Assembly (NCBI GenBank): GCA_010909165.1
Contig: MU008200.1
Span: 248,001-312,000 of the forward strand
From: Anthoceros angustus
Taxonomy: Eukaryota; Plantae; Anthocerotophyta
Direction of reading: 5' to 3'
Length of the DNA stretch: 64,000 nucleotides
A program made the translations under genes and the position numbers. Positions 36,526-51,229 of the stretch are shown here, in pieces; position 1 is the stretch's first letter, and each line of letters begins with the position of its first letter. Below the pieces are notes generated by a model. It was not told the DNA's origin and did not search any database. It was given only the letters and a program-made list of their open reading frames with translations.

Positions 36526-39500
36526 ATGATCAAACAATGATCAAACAACCAACATTTCGATCTGCTGGCTCGGCTCATATTGATGCTGGGGTTATGTGCA
36601 TGCGCGTCTTTGTCGGGCGAGGGTGTATGAGGCAATCGTGAGGCTGCGTGCGTGCTTGTGCGCCGCGCCGCCTCGAAAGCAATCCGGGCAAATGGAGTAG
36701 TCATCGGCGTGACGCGGTGGCGGCATGGATCTGCAGCCAAAGGAACCGGTCGAGGCGGAGGGCTGTGCGATTGGCCCGGCTGGTCTCGCTGGCGAGCCAG
36801 CCAGGCGGGCGCAGCAGAGAGGAGGAGGAGCCTCTCATTGCGGAGGATCGAGGTGACATCCGCGTCCTGAGAGGAATCCTATGACCCATCGCCTCGCGTC
36901 GCGTGGAGAAGGAAGAGCATAAAAGCGGCATCTTTTGGCATCTTTCGAGATTCTATGCTAATAAGCGGCTTCTAAATCTATAAAGGCGAATATCTTGTTT
37001 TTAATTTTGTTTTTTTCTGGAGAGAGTCTTGCTAGGAAGCCTCATAATTCACGGACCCTTAAAATTAAAATTAATTAATCAATTAATTAATTAAAAGGGC
37101 TATTAAATATGTTTTTTAGGCATTAGACGCATGCATTTTGTGTGTATTAGTTTTGCTACAATACCAATCTAGCTGCCTAGATTGTCGAGACGTACTTTGT
37201 CCCGGTTCTAACCATTTTATGGTGTAGTTTTTATGCTTTCGACCCGTACGGTGATGGTAGTCAAGCATCAAATACTTTGTTTGGAAGTTTATTTGATACT
37301 CAGGCGAGCTCATGTAGTAGAGTATTCCATATGGGATTTTCTCCTCAAAATTGTACAATCTAGATTAAATATAATGGCGGCACCTTCTCATTCCCTCTTG
37401 TTCCCCTAACTCCTCTTAGGATAGAATTTAAGGATAAGGATAGATTTAATGGGTCCGATTACACCATATGGGCAATGAGAGTGTCGCAGATTTTAGAAGA
37501 AAGCAATTGATGGGGTTGTAGATGGTCCGAACTGCTCCAGGGCCGCCTCGATGTCGTTTTGGATTGGCAACGAAAGGCGTGCAAGAACTATTATTATTTC
37601 CGCTCTAGATCGGAACATGATGACACACACTTTGGGTGCGCCACTTCGATGATGTGTGGAATAACTTTAAGATGATTTATAAGGACAGAGCTCGGCTTCC
37701 CTTGTTCAAGCATTCGTGATTTTTCAGCCTCGCATGAAAGATAACGAGCCGTGGAGTCTTATATTAACGGTTTCGCACTTGTCGTGCTAACCTTTCATAT
37801 TGTGGAAGCAATTTTGGTGAAGTTGACTGTCTGCAACCCTACGAAGCATATCAATCTTTTGTAAGCGCGCAGTGCCATTATCGAGCGGCAGTCAATCAGC
37901 GATTGCGGTGCAACTCACGCTATTACACTTGAGGTGTTTGGAGCTCTTCTAGCGGAGGAGAGGACTCGTGGCCTTAATAAGATGAAGGCCAGCTCAAGTG
38001 GTCAATCAAACTCGAGAATTTTGTTCACTTCTCGGCGGAGGGCTTTCGAGGGCGTGGCGGGCGTGGCTTCCCAATCGAATTTTCAGCGTTCCACATATAA
38101 TCCTAATTATCTGCAGCACCAAAGCGAAATATGACTTGCCATTGGTGCAAGATACCCGCCATATTGAGAAGAATTGCGGAAGAAAAGGGTGTGAGCCTCG
38201 TCGAGATGCAAGTCTTCCACAATCAAACCTCACAACCACAAAGGCTAAGTCTTCCACAATCTTAGCTTGTCTTTCATCTGTCATTCTCAAGTAGAAACTT
38301 GGTTTTAGATTCGGAGCTACCAGTCATATTTGTTTTGTGAGACACTCATTTAAAACTTTCTCACCCACATATGATGCCAATCGGTTTGTGCTTTTGGGTG
38401 ATGATGGGCTTTCCATCAAGGGCTCGGGCTCGGTGGTCATACAACTCCCGGATGAGTCTTCACTCACACTTTACGGTGTTTTATTTGTTCCTTCTATGAC
38501 CAAAAATTTGATGTCGGTGCTTAAGTTGTCACAAGAACACTCTTGCCGAGTCTGCTTGATCAATGGTTGCCTTGTAACGCATGTTCCATCAAGCCATGAC
38601 CTTTTCACGGGCACCCCTTTTCATGATTTGTATTTATTAGATGTCAAATCCATAGTGCAACCTCAACCCACTCGATCTGTTAATGCCATTCGAAACAAGC
38701 TTCAATGCACCTTTGGCATTGTCGTCTTGCCACATAAATTTCAGCGTCTAGCATCTCTTACGAAGGGTGATAGCTTTAGAGATCCACTTACCTATGTCCC
38801 TTCGGTCACCCCTTTTGTGACTCCTGTCGACAGTAAAGCATTTCTAAGCCATATACGGATCTCCACTCAACAAGGGCCTCGCCTTTTGGATACTATTCAT
38901 AGTGATATTTGTGGCCCTATGTCCACCAGCTCATTTGGAGGAGCTGCTTATTTATTACATTCATAGATGAATGGAGCCGCTATTGTATTGTTTATGTGTT
39001 AAGAAATAAAAGCGAGGCTTTTATGTGTTTTCAAACCTATGTGCGGTTGGCATCCCGGCAACAGTCACAAGGTTAAAATTTTCTGTGATGACAATGGCGA
39101 ATACATCGCAATGCTTTTCGAATTTTGCTCTTTGGAAGGGATACAACACCAGCTCACCGTCGTATACTCCTGCCGAACTCCTTTCTTTGAGAGGAAAAAC
39201 GGACCGCAAGAGGCTACTTTGGCCTCTCTTACTTTTGCCTCTCGTGGATATTGGTGAGGCATTGATGGCTGCAAATTATGTTCTCAAAGCCTACTAAGGA
39301 GCTTGGATTGACAACTCCTTATGAGAGATGGATGGAAAGAAGCCCGTATAGGGCATCTATTTTGGATCACCGCTTATGCTTATGTCCCTACTTATCATAA
39401 GATGGATTTGAAGGCACCAGAATTTTTGTGGGTTACTCGATGATGTGAAGGGTTACAAGTTGTTTGATCCGATTACGCCAGTGACCATTTCCAAGTGTGG

Positions 39501-42500
39501 TTTTTAACGAAGATATTTTGCTTCGTCAACATCGCTCAACTTCCTCTGGCGCAACTATGCCTCCAGTATCTATATCTGGTGTTTCGGACCCACCTTCTGA
39601 CTCTTTTGCGTTTGATGATTCTTGTGTTACTATTTTTGAGGATGACTCCTCTTTGGCTTCAGAGGGGGCTGCTCCTATTACCCCTGTCGCTCCAACGGTT
39701 GTAGTTGATGATGTTCACCCTGCACATCCAGAGGTGGCTAATGACACTGTTGTGCTTGATCCAGCACAGGATGACGTTAATGAAGCCAATGAAGAGCCTC
39801 CTCAAGTACTACGCCGTTCCACTAGACACCGTCCTCCAAGGTCAGAGTGGAAAGAGCCTCCATATGTCGCAGTATTGCTGTAGAGGAATCCCTTTTTCCA
39901 CCTCCTTATGTTTTTAGTGTTGTAGAATCATTAGGTGAACCTGCCACCTATAGAGAAGCAATTGAAGGGCCTGAAGCTTCCTTTTGGCAAAAGGCTATTG
40001 AGTCGAATATCAATCTCTCATTTCTAACAAAACTTGGGTTCTCGTTGATCTCCCTCACAGTCGCAAACCGGTTGCTTGTAAGTGGGTCTTCAAGAAGAAA
40101 CTTAATCGATGGTAGTGTTGGTAGGTATAAGGCTCGCCTCGTGGCAAAAGGGTTATAGTCAAGTAGCGGGACTAGACTACAATGAAACATTTGCCCCAGT
40201 TGTTAAGTCTACCTCCATAAGAATACTCTTGGCCCTTGCTGCTCACTACAATCTCCTCGTACATCGCTTAGACGTAAAAGCGCTTTTCTTAATGGCACCT
40301 TAGATGAGGTCATCTACATGGCCCAACCGGAAGGTTTTATTATAGACCCTAATAAAGTGTGTCACTTTTAAAAACACTTTATGGTCTTAAGATCCTCCGT
40401 GCATGGAATGAAGTGTTTCATGCATTGCTCATAGAATTGGGTTTCACATGTTTGACGATACCAGATATATTTTATGGGATGGCAATGATTTTATCATTTT
40501 AATTGTTTATGTGTTAAGAATAAAAGCGAGGCTTTTATGTGTTTTCAAACCTATGCGGTTGGCATCCCAAAGCACAAGGTTAAAATTTTCTGTGATGTGA
40601 TTGGCGGCACATCACTTTTCGAATTTTGCTCTTTGGAAGGGATACAACACCACTCACTGCGTATACTCCTGCCGAACTCCTTTTGAGAGGAAAAACGGAC
40701 ACCGAGGCTACTTTGGCCTCTCTTACTTTTTTGCCTCTCGTGGATATTGGGGTGAGGCATTGATGGCTGCAAATTATGTTCTCATACGCCTACTAAGGAG
40801 CTTGGATTGACAACTCCTTATGAGAGATGGACTGGAAAGAAGCCCGTATAGGGCATCTATTTGGATCACCGCTTATGCTTATGTCCCTGCTATTCGTCAT
40901 AAGATGGATTTGAAGGAATCGTAGAATTTTTGTGGGTTACTCGATGATGTGAAGGGTTACAAGTTGTTTGATCCGATTACGCCAGTGTGACCATTTCCGG
41001 TGTGGTTTTTAACTTAGTCAACATGCTCAACTTCCTCTGGCGCAACTATGCCTCCAGATCTATATCGGTGTTTCGGACCCACCTTCTCTTTTGCGTTTGA
41101 TGATTCTTGTGTTACTATTTTGAGGATGACTCCTCTTTGGCTTGAGGGGCTGCTCCTATTACCCCTGTCGCTCCAACGGTTGTAGTTGATGATGTTCACC
41201 CGCACATCCGGTGGCTAATGACACTGTTGTGCTTGATCCGGCCGATGACGTTAATGAAGCCAATGAAGAGCCTCCTCAAGTACTACGCGTTCCACTGACA
41301 CCGTCCTCCAAGGTCGAGTGGAAAGAGCCTCCATATGTCGCAGTATTGCAGTAGAGGAATCACTTTTTCCACCTCCTTACGTTTTTAGTGCTGTAGAATC
41401 ATTAGGTGAACCTGCCACCTATAGAGAAGCTATTGAAGGGCCTGAAGCTTCCTTTTGGCAGAAGGCTATTGAGTTTGAATATCAATCTCTTATTTCTAAC
41501 AAAACTTGGGTTCTTGTTGATCTCCCTCCTGGTCGCAAACCAGTTGCTTGTAAGTGGGTCTTCAAGAAGAAACTTAATACTGATGGTAGTGTTGGTAGGT
41601 ATAAGGCTCGCCTCGTGGCAAAGGGTTATAGTCAAGTAGCGGGGCTAGACTACAATGAAACATTTGCCCCAGTTGTTAAGTCTACCTCCATAAGAATACT
41701 CTTGGCCCTTGCTGCTCACTACAATCTCCTCGTACATCGCTTAGGCGTAAAAGCGCTTTTCTTAATGGCACCTTAGATGAGGTCATCTACATGGCCCAAC
41801 CGGAAGGTTTTATTATAGACCCTAATAAAGTGTGTCACTTTTAAAAACACTTTATGGTCTTAAAAATCCTCCGTGCATGGAATGAAGTGTTTCATGCATT
41901 GCTCATAGAATTGGGTTTCACATGTTTGAATGACGATACCAGTATATATTTTATGGGATGGCAATGATTTTATCATTTTAACTTTATGTGGATGACAATA
42001 TTTTATTTAGCACGTCACCAACTCTTATGGCAAGAATAAAAGCAGTTCTTTTGGCAAGATTTGATATGGTGATTTGGGGCGTTATCATTTTCTCTTGGTG
42101 TTCAATTTCATTTTAACACTGATAATACTATTGATATTCATCAAGAGCATTTTGTACATCAACTACTTAAGAGATTCAAGATGGAGGATGCGCGACCGAG
42201 CACACCTATGTCTATAGGTGAAAAGCTATCTAAGGAACAATGCCCAACAACAAGAAGAAGAAAAGGTTGAGATGGCACTCAAGCCTTATCGACAAAAGTT
42301 GGTTGTTTAATTTATCTATCGAGTTGGACTAGATTAGACATTACACGCGATTAGTAATGTTAGTCAATTTTAGAGAACCGGCTTGCCACATTGGGCTGCG
42401 ATGAAGAGGATTTTAGGTACCTCAAAGGAACAACGCAAAGGTTTACGTTTTCTAAGCAATCGGATGGTTTGCGCTTATGTCCTTTTGTGATCGATTGGGC

Positions 42501-43139
42501 TGGAGACCCGGACACTAGGCGTAGTGTAGCAGCCCTCTTGACGTTTTAGGTGGATCGATTATTTCTTGGTCTAGTAAAAGCTCACCACTATTTGTCTCTC
42601 CTCTACAGGCGAATATGGTGCTATGACACAAGGCTAGAGAGGTTATTTGGATTCGATCTTTCTTATGTGGACTTAAGCGCTTCATGAAGGACCAACTCGG
42701 CTTTGGTGCGACAATCGATCGACCATTGCTTTATCGAAGAATCCGGTTTTCATGCTAGGAGCAAGCATATTGAGATTGCTCATCATTTTATAAGACAAGC
42801 AGCAGACCGTAAAGAGGTAAAAGTGGACTATGTTGATACTTTAGAGAATGTGGCTGATCTATTGACCAAAGCTTTGTCAAAGCTAGTACTAACATGAGAA
42901 GCATACTTTGGTAGCTGGGCTACAAACTATACCTGCAGTGAACAAAGCACGAACAGCTCATTAGGTTGATTCTCACCTTTATTTGGCTTGGTGACTGGAT
43001 GAAGCCTTATTGTTTATTTCACACTTGTCAAAACTCTTTTTCCTGTTTATACAAGCGTGGGAGTACACTTCCTAGTGAAGTTCATCTTCAAGATATTTTC
43101 AAGCTTATTAATTAACTCCTAATTGCAACTAAGTGGGAG

Positions 43140-43382
43140 TAATGGAATATAGCTTATTTGAACAAAATGTGTTAAAACATAATAGTGATTTAAGTCACAA
43201 TTAGAATTAGGTTTAGTTTTATTATTAGTTAATTAATAACCGTCAATAACCGTTTTTGTATAAGACACCTTTTCGTGCATTAGTTGAATATCTTACAATC
43301 CCAACTTGCTTTGTCTCCTTGCTTTCATCTTGCACGATCATCACGCATTGCACACATGCGATCCTAGGCCACAAATTCTTTA
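43140..43382 (+). repeat. copia-2 central LTR2
   Basis: Preceded by PPT and followed by PBS. Confidence 0.92.
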
Positions 43383-43616
43383 TGGTATCGAGCCAATATG
43401 CTCTGCCGATGTGATTGTTTTCTTTTTAAAGGAAGGAAAAATGCTTTAGTCCTTGCTTATCACAATGCCGTGTTGCGAACGTGTTTTTGTTTTTGTGGAT
43501 TAGTCTTGAGTAGGCGGGCGCAATTACAAGATGTTTTTCATGTTGGGGATATTAGCCCTGTAGGCTGTATGAATGTGGCGCAGTGTAGATCCAAGAACGC
43601 TAAACAAGCACACCTC

Positions 43617-43743
<127 letters not shown>

Positions 43744-46700
43744 TCAATGATCAAAACAATGATCAAAACAACCAACATTTCGATCCCGTCGGGCTCATGC
43801 TGGGGTTATGTGCATGCAGCGTCTTTGTCGGGCGGTGTATGAGGCAATCGTGAGCGTGCGTGCTTGTCGCCGCCTGCGCCTCGAGCAATCGCCAAATGGG
43901 GCGGTGCAATGGTGGCGCATGGCCATCGCGAAAGGAACCGGTCGAGGCGGAGGGGCTGTGCGATTGGCCGGCTGGTCTCCAGCAGCCATGCAGCGGGCCA
44001 GCCGGCCGGCGGGAGAGGAGGAGGAGCCTCGCTGCGGAGGATCGAGGTGACATCCGCCCCTGCAGAGGAATCCTAACAGCCATCGCCTCGCGTCGCGGTG
44101 GAGAAGGAAGACGAGCATAAAACGGCATCTTTTGGCATCTTTCGAGATTCTATGCTAATAAGCGGCTTCTGAAATCTATAAAGGCGAATATCTTGTTTTT
44201 AATTTTGTTTTTTTTCTGTGGAGAGTCTTGCTAGGAAGCCTCATAATTCACGGACCCTTAAAATTAATTAATTAATTAATTAATTAATTAATTTAAAAGG
44301 GGGCTATTAAATAGTTTTTTTTTAGGCATTAGACGCATGCATTTTGTGTGTATTAATTTTTGCTAGAATACCAATCTAGCTGCCTAGATTGTTGTAGACG
44401 TACTTTGTCCTGGTTCTAACCATTTTTATGGTGTATTTTTTTTATGCTTTATGACCCCGCTGATGACAGTGATGGTAGTCAAGCATGAAATACTTTGTTT
44501 GGAAGTTTATTTGATACTCAGGCGAAGCTCATGTAGTAGAGTATTCCATGGGATTTTCTCCTCAAGTACAATCTAGATTAAATATAATGGCGGCACCTTC
44601 TCATTCCTCTTGTTCCCTAACTCCTCTTAGGATAGAATTTAAGGATAAGGATAGATTTAATGGGTCCGATTACACCATATGGGCAATGAGAGTGTCAGAT
44701 TTTAGAAGAAAAGCAATTGATGGGGGTTGTAGATGGTCGAACTCGCCCCGCCCAGAGCCGCCCCGATGTCGTTTTGGATTGGCAACGAAAGAGACGTGCA
44801 AGAACTATTATTATTTCCGCTCTAGATCGAACATGATGACACACACTTTGGGTGCGCCACTTCGTGATGTGTGGAATAACTTTAAGATGATTTATAAGGA
44901 CAGAGCTCGGCTTCCCTTGTTCAAGCATTCGGATTTTTCAGCCTCCGCATGAAAGATAACGAGCCCGTGGAGTCTTATATTAACGGTTTCGCACTTGTCG
45001 TGCTAACCTTTTCATATTGTGGAATGATTTGATCAAGTTCGTCACCACCCTACTTGCAACCCTACGAAGCATATCAATCTTTTGTAAGCGCACAGTGCCA
45101 TTATCGAACGGCAGTCAATCAGCCAGGGTGCAACTCCCGCTATTACACGGAGGTGTTTGGAGCTCTTCTAGCGGAGGAGAGGACTCGTGGCCTTAATAAG
45201 ATGAAGGCCAGCTCAAGTGGTCAATCAAACTCGAGAATTTTGTTCACTCGAGGAGGGCTTTCGAGGACGTGGGGCGTGGCTTCCCCAATCAATTTTCAGC
45301 GCCCACATATAATCCTAATTATCTGCAGCACCAAAGCGTAAATATGACTTGCCATTGGTGCAAGATACCCGCCATATTGAGAAGAATTGCGGAAGAAAAG
45401 GGTAGTGAGCCTCGTCGAGATGCAAGTCTTCGAATCAAACCTCACAACCACAAAGGCTAAGTCTTCCACAATCTTAGTTTGTCTTTCATCTGCTCATTCT
45501 CAAGTAGAAACTTGGTTTTTAGATTCAGGAGCTACCAGTCATATTTGTTTTGACAGACACTCATTTAAAACTTTCTCACCCACATATGATGCCAATCAGT
45601 TTGTGCTTTTGGGTGATGACAGTGGGCTTTCCATCAAGGGCTCGGGCTCAGTGGTCATACAACTCCCAGATGAGTCTTCACTCACACTTTCTGGTGTTTT
45701 ATTTGTTCCTTCTATGACCAAAAATTTGATGTCGGTGCTTAAGTTGTCACAAGAACACTCTTGCCGAGTCTGCTTTGATCAAGGTTGCCTTTACGCATGT
45801 TCCATCAAGCCATGACCTTTTCACGGGCACCCCTTTTCATGATTTGTATTTATTAGATGTCAAATCCATAGTGCAACCTCAACCCACTCGATGTTAATGC
45901 CATTCAAACAAGCTTCAATGCACCTTTGGCATTGTCGTCTTGCCACATAATTTCAGCGTCTAGCATCTCTTACGAAGGGTGATAGCTTTAGAGATCCACT
46001 TACCTATGTCCCTTCCGTCACCCCTTTTGTGACTCGCCTTAGTAAAGCATTTTCTAAGCCATATACGGATCTCCACTCAACAAGGGCCTCCCTTTTGGAT
46101 ACTATTCATAGTGATATTTGTGGCCCTATGTCCACCAGCTCATTTGGAGGAGCTGCTTATTTATTACATTCATAGATGAATGGAGCCGCTATTGTATTGT
46201 TTATGTGTTAAGAAATAAAAGCGAGGCTTTTATGTGTTTTCAAACCTATGCGGTTGGCATCCCGCAAACAGTCACAAGGTTAAAATTTTCTGTGATGACA
46301 ATGGCGAATACATCGCAATGCTTTTCGAATTTTGCTCTTTGGAAGGGATACGGTGGCAATGGGAGAAGAGCGAGGCAGGCATGGCATGAGCTAAAGGCAC
46401 GCATGATTGGCGGAAGGCCGATGCTCGGGGAACTTTGATAAGCCGTTTGTTCTATACACGGATAAGAGTGCAGGGATTGGGGCTGTGCTTGCACAAGTAG
46501 ATGGAGAAGGAAAGGAATGAGTCATTGCATATGCAAGTAGATCCAATAATTCTGCGAAACAACTCATCCTATGAAGGAGAGTATTTAGCTACAGTCTGGG
46601 CTGTTTTGCACTTTAGAGTCTACCTGTTTGGTAAGAGTTTTCAGCTCGTGACTGATCATCAGCCATTGCACTGGCTGAAGACAAACATAAAGCTGAGTGG

Positions 46701-49549
46701 GAAGCTTTTGACTTTTGCTCTCAGTGACTTTTGCTCACAGTGTATGACATGCACATTGTGCACAAAGCGAAAGGTTCATCACAATGCTAATGGACTTAGC
46801 GAAACCCAGTGAGCAATGATGGGGATACAACACCAGCTCACCGTCGTATACTCCGCCGAACTCCTTTCTTTGAGAGGAAAACCGGACCTAAGGAAAGGTC
46901 CAACGCTAGTCGGACGGAGGCAGTCGAGGGTGAAACCTTACAGCGAGGAGGCAGGTTCGAATTCGAACAGATGAGGGTTGGTACCGAGCTTGGGAGGCGG
47001 TGGCGCCAAATCACTCCCGGCCGTCGAGGCCCGAACATGCGGCGGAGTAAGTCCCTACTCAGCTAAAGGGCCAGCGCCTTGAAGGATATTTTCGCTAAAG
47101 GCGCGCGAAGGAAGGAAAGGCGCAAGAGGCTACTTTGGCCTCTCTTACTTTTAGCCTCTCTCGTGGATATTTGAGGCATTGATGGCTGCAAATTATGTTC
47201 TCAACCGACGCCTACTAAGGAGCTTGGATTGACAACTCCTTATGAGAGATGGATGGAAAGAAGCCCGTATAGGGCATCTACGTATTTTTGGATCACCGCT
47301 TATGCTTATGTCCCTGCTATTCGTCATAAGATGGATTTGAAGGCACCAGAATTTTGTGGGTTACTCGATGATGTGAAGGGTTACAAGTTGTTTGATCCGA
47401 TTACGCCAGTGACCATTTCCAAGTGTGGTTTTTAACGAAGATATTTTGCTTCGTCAACATCGCTCAACTTCCTCTGGCGCAACTATGCCTCCGGCATCTA
47501 TATCGGTGTTTTGGACCCACCTTGACTCTTTTGCGTTTGATGATTCTTGTGTTACTATTTTGAGGATGACTCCTCTTTGGCTTGAGAGGGGCTGCTCCTA
47601 TTACCCCGCCGCTCCAACGGTTGTAGTTGATGATGTTCACCCGCACATCCAGGTGGCTAATGACACTGTTTGATCCGACAGGATGACGTTAATGAAGCCA
47701 ATGAAGAGCCTCCTCAAGTACTACGTTCCACTAGACACCGTCCTCCAAGGTCAGTGGAAAGAGCCTCCATATGTCGCAGTATTAGAGGAATCCCTTTTCC
47801 ACCTCCTTATGTTTTAGTGTTGTAGAATCATTAGGTGAACCGCCACCTATAGAGAAGCAATTGAAGGGCCAAGCTTCCTTTTGGCAAAGGCTATTGAGTC
47901 CGAATATCAATCTCTTATTTCTAACAAAACTTGGGTTCTTGTTGATCTCCCTCCTGGTCGCAAACCAGTTGCTTGTAAGTGGGTCTTCAAGAAGAAACTT
48001 AATACTGATGGTAGTGTTGGTAGGTATAAGGCTCGCCTCGTGGCAAAGGGTTATAGTCAAGTAGCGGGACTAGACTACAATGAAACATTTGCCCCAGTTG
48101 TTAAGTCTACCTCCATAAGAATACTCTTGGCCCTTGCTGCTCACTACAATCTCCTCGTACATCAGTTAGACGTAAAAACTGCTTTTCTTAATGGCACCTT
48201 AGATGAGGTCATCTACATGGCCCAACCGGAAGGTTTTATTATAGACCCTAATAAAGTGTGTGTCACTTTTAAAAACACTTTATGGTCTTAAATCCTCCGT
48301 GCATGGAATGAAGTGTTTCATGCATTGCTCATAGAATTGGGTTTCACATGTTTGACGATACCAGCAGATATATTTTATGGGATGGCAATGATTTTATCAT
48401 TTTAACTGCTTATGTGGATGACAATATTTTATTTAGCACGTCACCAACTCTTATGGCAAGAATAAAAGCAGTTCTTTTGGCAAGATTTGATATGGTGATT
48501 TGGGGTGCTTATCATTTTCTCTTGGTGTTCAATTTCATTTTAACACTGATAATACTATTGATATTCATCAAGAGCATTTTGTACATCAACTACTTAAGAG
48601 ATTCAAGATGGAGGATGCACATCACAAGACATATGTCTATAGGTGAAAAGCTATCTAAGGAACAATGCCCAACAACAGAAGAAGAAAAGGTTGAGATGGC
48701 ACTCAAGCCTTATCGACAAGCTGTTGGTTGTTTAATTTATCTATCAGGTTGGACTAGATTAGACATTACACGCGCAGTTAGTAATGTTAGTCAATTTTTA
48801 GAGAACCCTGGCTTGCCACATTGGGCTGCAGTGAAGAGGATTTTTAGGTACCTCAAAGGAACAGCACGCAAAGGTTTACGTTTTTCTAAGCAATCAGATG
48901 GTTTGCAGCTTATGTCCTTTTGTGATGCTGATGAGACCCGGACACTAGGCGTAGTGTAGCAGCCACTACGTTTTAGGTGGATCGATTATTTCTTGGTCTA
49001 GTAAAAGCTCACCACTATTTGTCTCTCCTCTACAAGGAATATGGTGCTATGACACAAGCTAGAGAGGTTATTTGGATTCGATCTTTCTTATGTGGACTTA
49101 AGCGCTTCATGAAGGACCAACTCACTTTGGTGCGACAATCGATCGACCATTGCTTTATCGAAGAATCCGGTTTTCATGCTAGGAGCAAGCATATTGAGAT
49201 TGCTCATCATTTTATAAGACAAGCAGAGTAAAGAGGTAAAAGTGGACTATGTTGATACTTGAGAGAATGTGGCTGATCTTTTGACCAAAGCTTTGCCAAA
49301 GCTAGTACATGAGAAGCATACTTTGGCGGTGGGCTACAAACTATACTGCGTGAACAAAGCGAGAGCACTCATTAGGTTGATTCTCACCTTTATTTGGCTT
49401 GGTGATTGGATGAAGCCTTATTGTTTATTTCACACTTGTCAAAACTCTTTTCCTGTTTATACAAGCGTGGGAGTACACTTCCTAGTGAAGTTCATCTTCA
49501 AGATATTTTCAAGCTTATTAATTAACTCCTAATTGCAACTAAGTGGGAG

Positions 49550-49811
49550 TAATGGAATATAGCTTATTTGAACAAAATGTGTTAAAACATAATAGTGATT
49601 TAAGTCACAATTAGAATTAGGTTTAGTTTTATTATTAGTTAATTAATAATCAATAACAATCAATAACAATCAATAACCGTTTTTGTATAAGACACCTTTT
49701 TCGTGCATTAGTTGAACATCTTACAATCCCAACTTGCTTTGTCTCCCTTGCTTTCATCTTGCACGATCATCACGCATTGCACACATGCGATCCTAGGCCA
49801 CAAATTCTTTA
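49550..49811 (+). repeat. copia-2 LTR3
   Basis: Preceded by PPT and followed by the TSD CATAC. Confidence 0.92.
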
Positions 49812-51229
49812 CATACTATGTCCTTGGAGTTGAGTATTTTGCAATTTTAGCATTCTAGTATCCTTTCCGAATAGCAAGTCCTAAGTATTTTGCAATTGTG
49901 TCATTGATTGCTATGATGAACACCGGAATCCAATCTAAACCAGCTCACCCGATCGAGCTAAAAATTCATTTAGCCCAAAGGGCTTAAGGCATGTCGTGCA
50001 AAATATCAGCTACCCCGAAAACCTCTCCTACAACATTCTATCGTTCCTATACACTCTTGATTCGGCCTGCCTCATGACTCATGATCAGCACTATCAAAAC
50101 ATGTCTGCACCACCTCTAACTACATTCTCACATATGTTGTACAACTTTCAGTCACACGATTATAAGCAATACATAACACAAAAGAGAGGAACAACTAGAC
50201 TGCAATCCTGTCTATGATGCACCCACACTATTGCCAGACCACAACGTTGCATGTTCAGATTTGTCTAGCACGCATGTGAAAAACTAAATAATTCATCAAA
50301 GATGTTTCAATCCAGGGTCTGCATCAAGCAGCAAATCGAATTGGCAAAAACGGGTTTGAAGTTCATCCATGTGAACACACACACGCTAGTAAGAAAAAGC
50401 TTCAAAATCGAGCTGTATTCAGCGAAAAATCCACAACGTAGTTTGGCCTAGCAAGCCCTGCTATCCAGTGCTGAGACCGCCATAGCCAACCGCTGCAAAG
50501 AAGACTCTAACAACCAGCTGGCTCAGCCCTCCCTCAAACTTCTTGTAGACGGCCGCTTCCCGTTCAAAGCAACCCCAGCAACTATCACCATCTCTCCGCA
50601 CTCCCACATCCAACAACATTAAACACTAGATCTCACCGCGCCCCCACGTCTTGCAACATTCAAGCACTAGATCTCCAGCTCCCGACTCAAGACTGACCAG
50701 TCACGTCAATCAATTGTAATAGTCTTAACACAAATGTAACCTAACCATTGACTTATAATGTCTTGGTTATCTATATCTTCTACCAATTGCTTATCTAGCA
50801 ATTACAGCCACATTTCAGGCTATATATGCTGTCTGTCTATATAAGCTGAGTCTCACACTCTCCTAGCTGACATACCACCGCTTTGGCATGACAGCTATCG
50901 TTCTACATAACTCTTGCTCCTGTGTTTTGCCATCTTCAACCGCTCATGGTGTAATCGCAAACGATGGGCATCTAAGGTCCACACACTCGTCAGTTACATA
51001 TGAAGAGACATGGAGTTACATATGAAGGATCCTCCTGTGTTGGGACATCGGCCGGCCGATGTCCTGCCCCATCCCAACGCAGAGGAACATTCAGGTTCCA
51101 TCACAGGGTTTTTGCACTCGTGGGGCGCTGGCCATCGTGCTTCCTACCACAACCCATGCCCTTTGCTTTTTGCCCAGGTGGCCCGCGCCCTACCACATGG
51201 AGAGCCTTTAGGTTGAACCCCGGGGTTCT

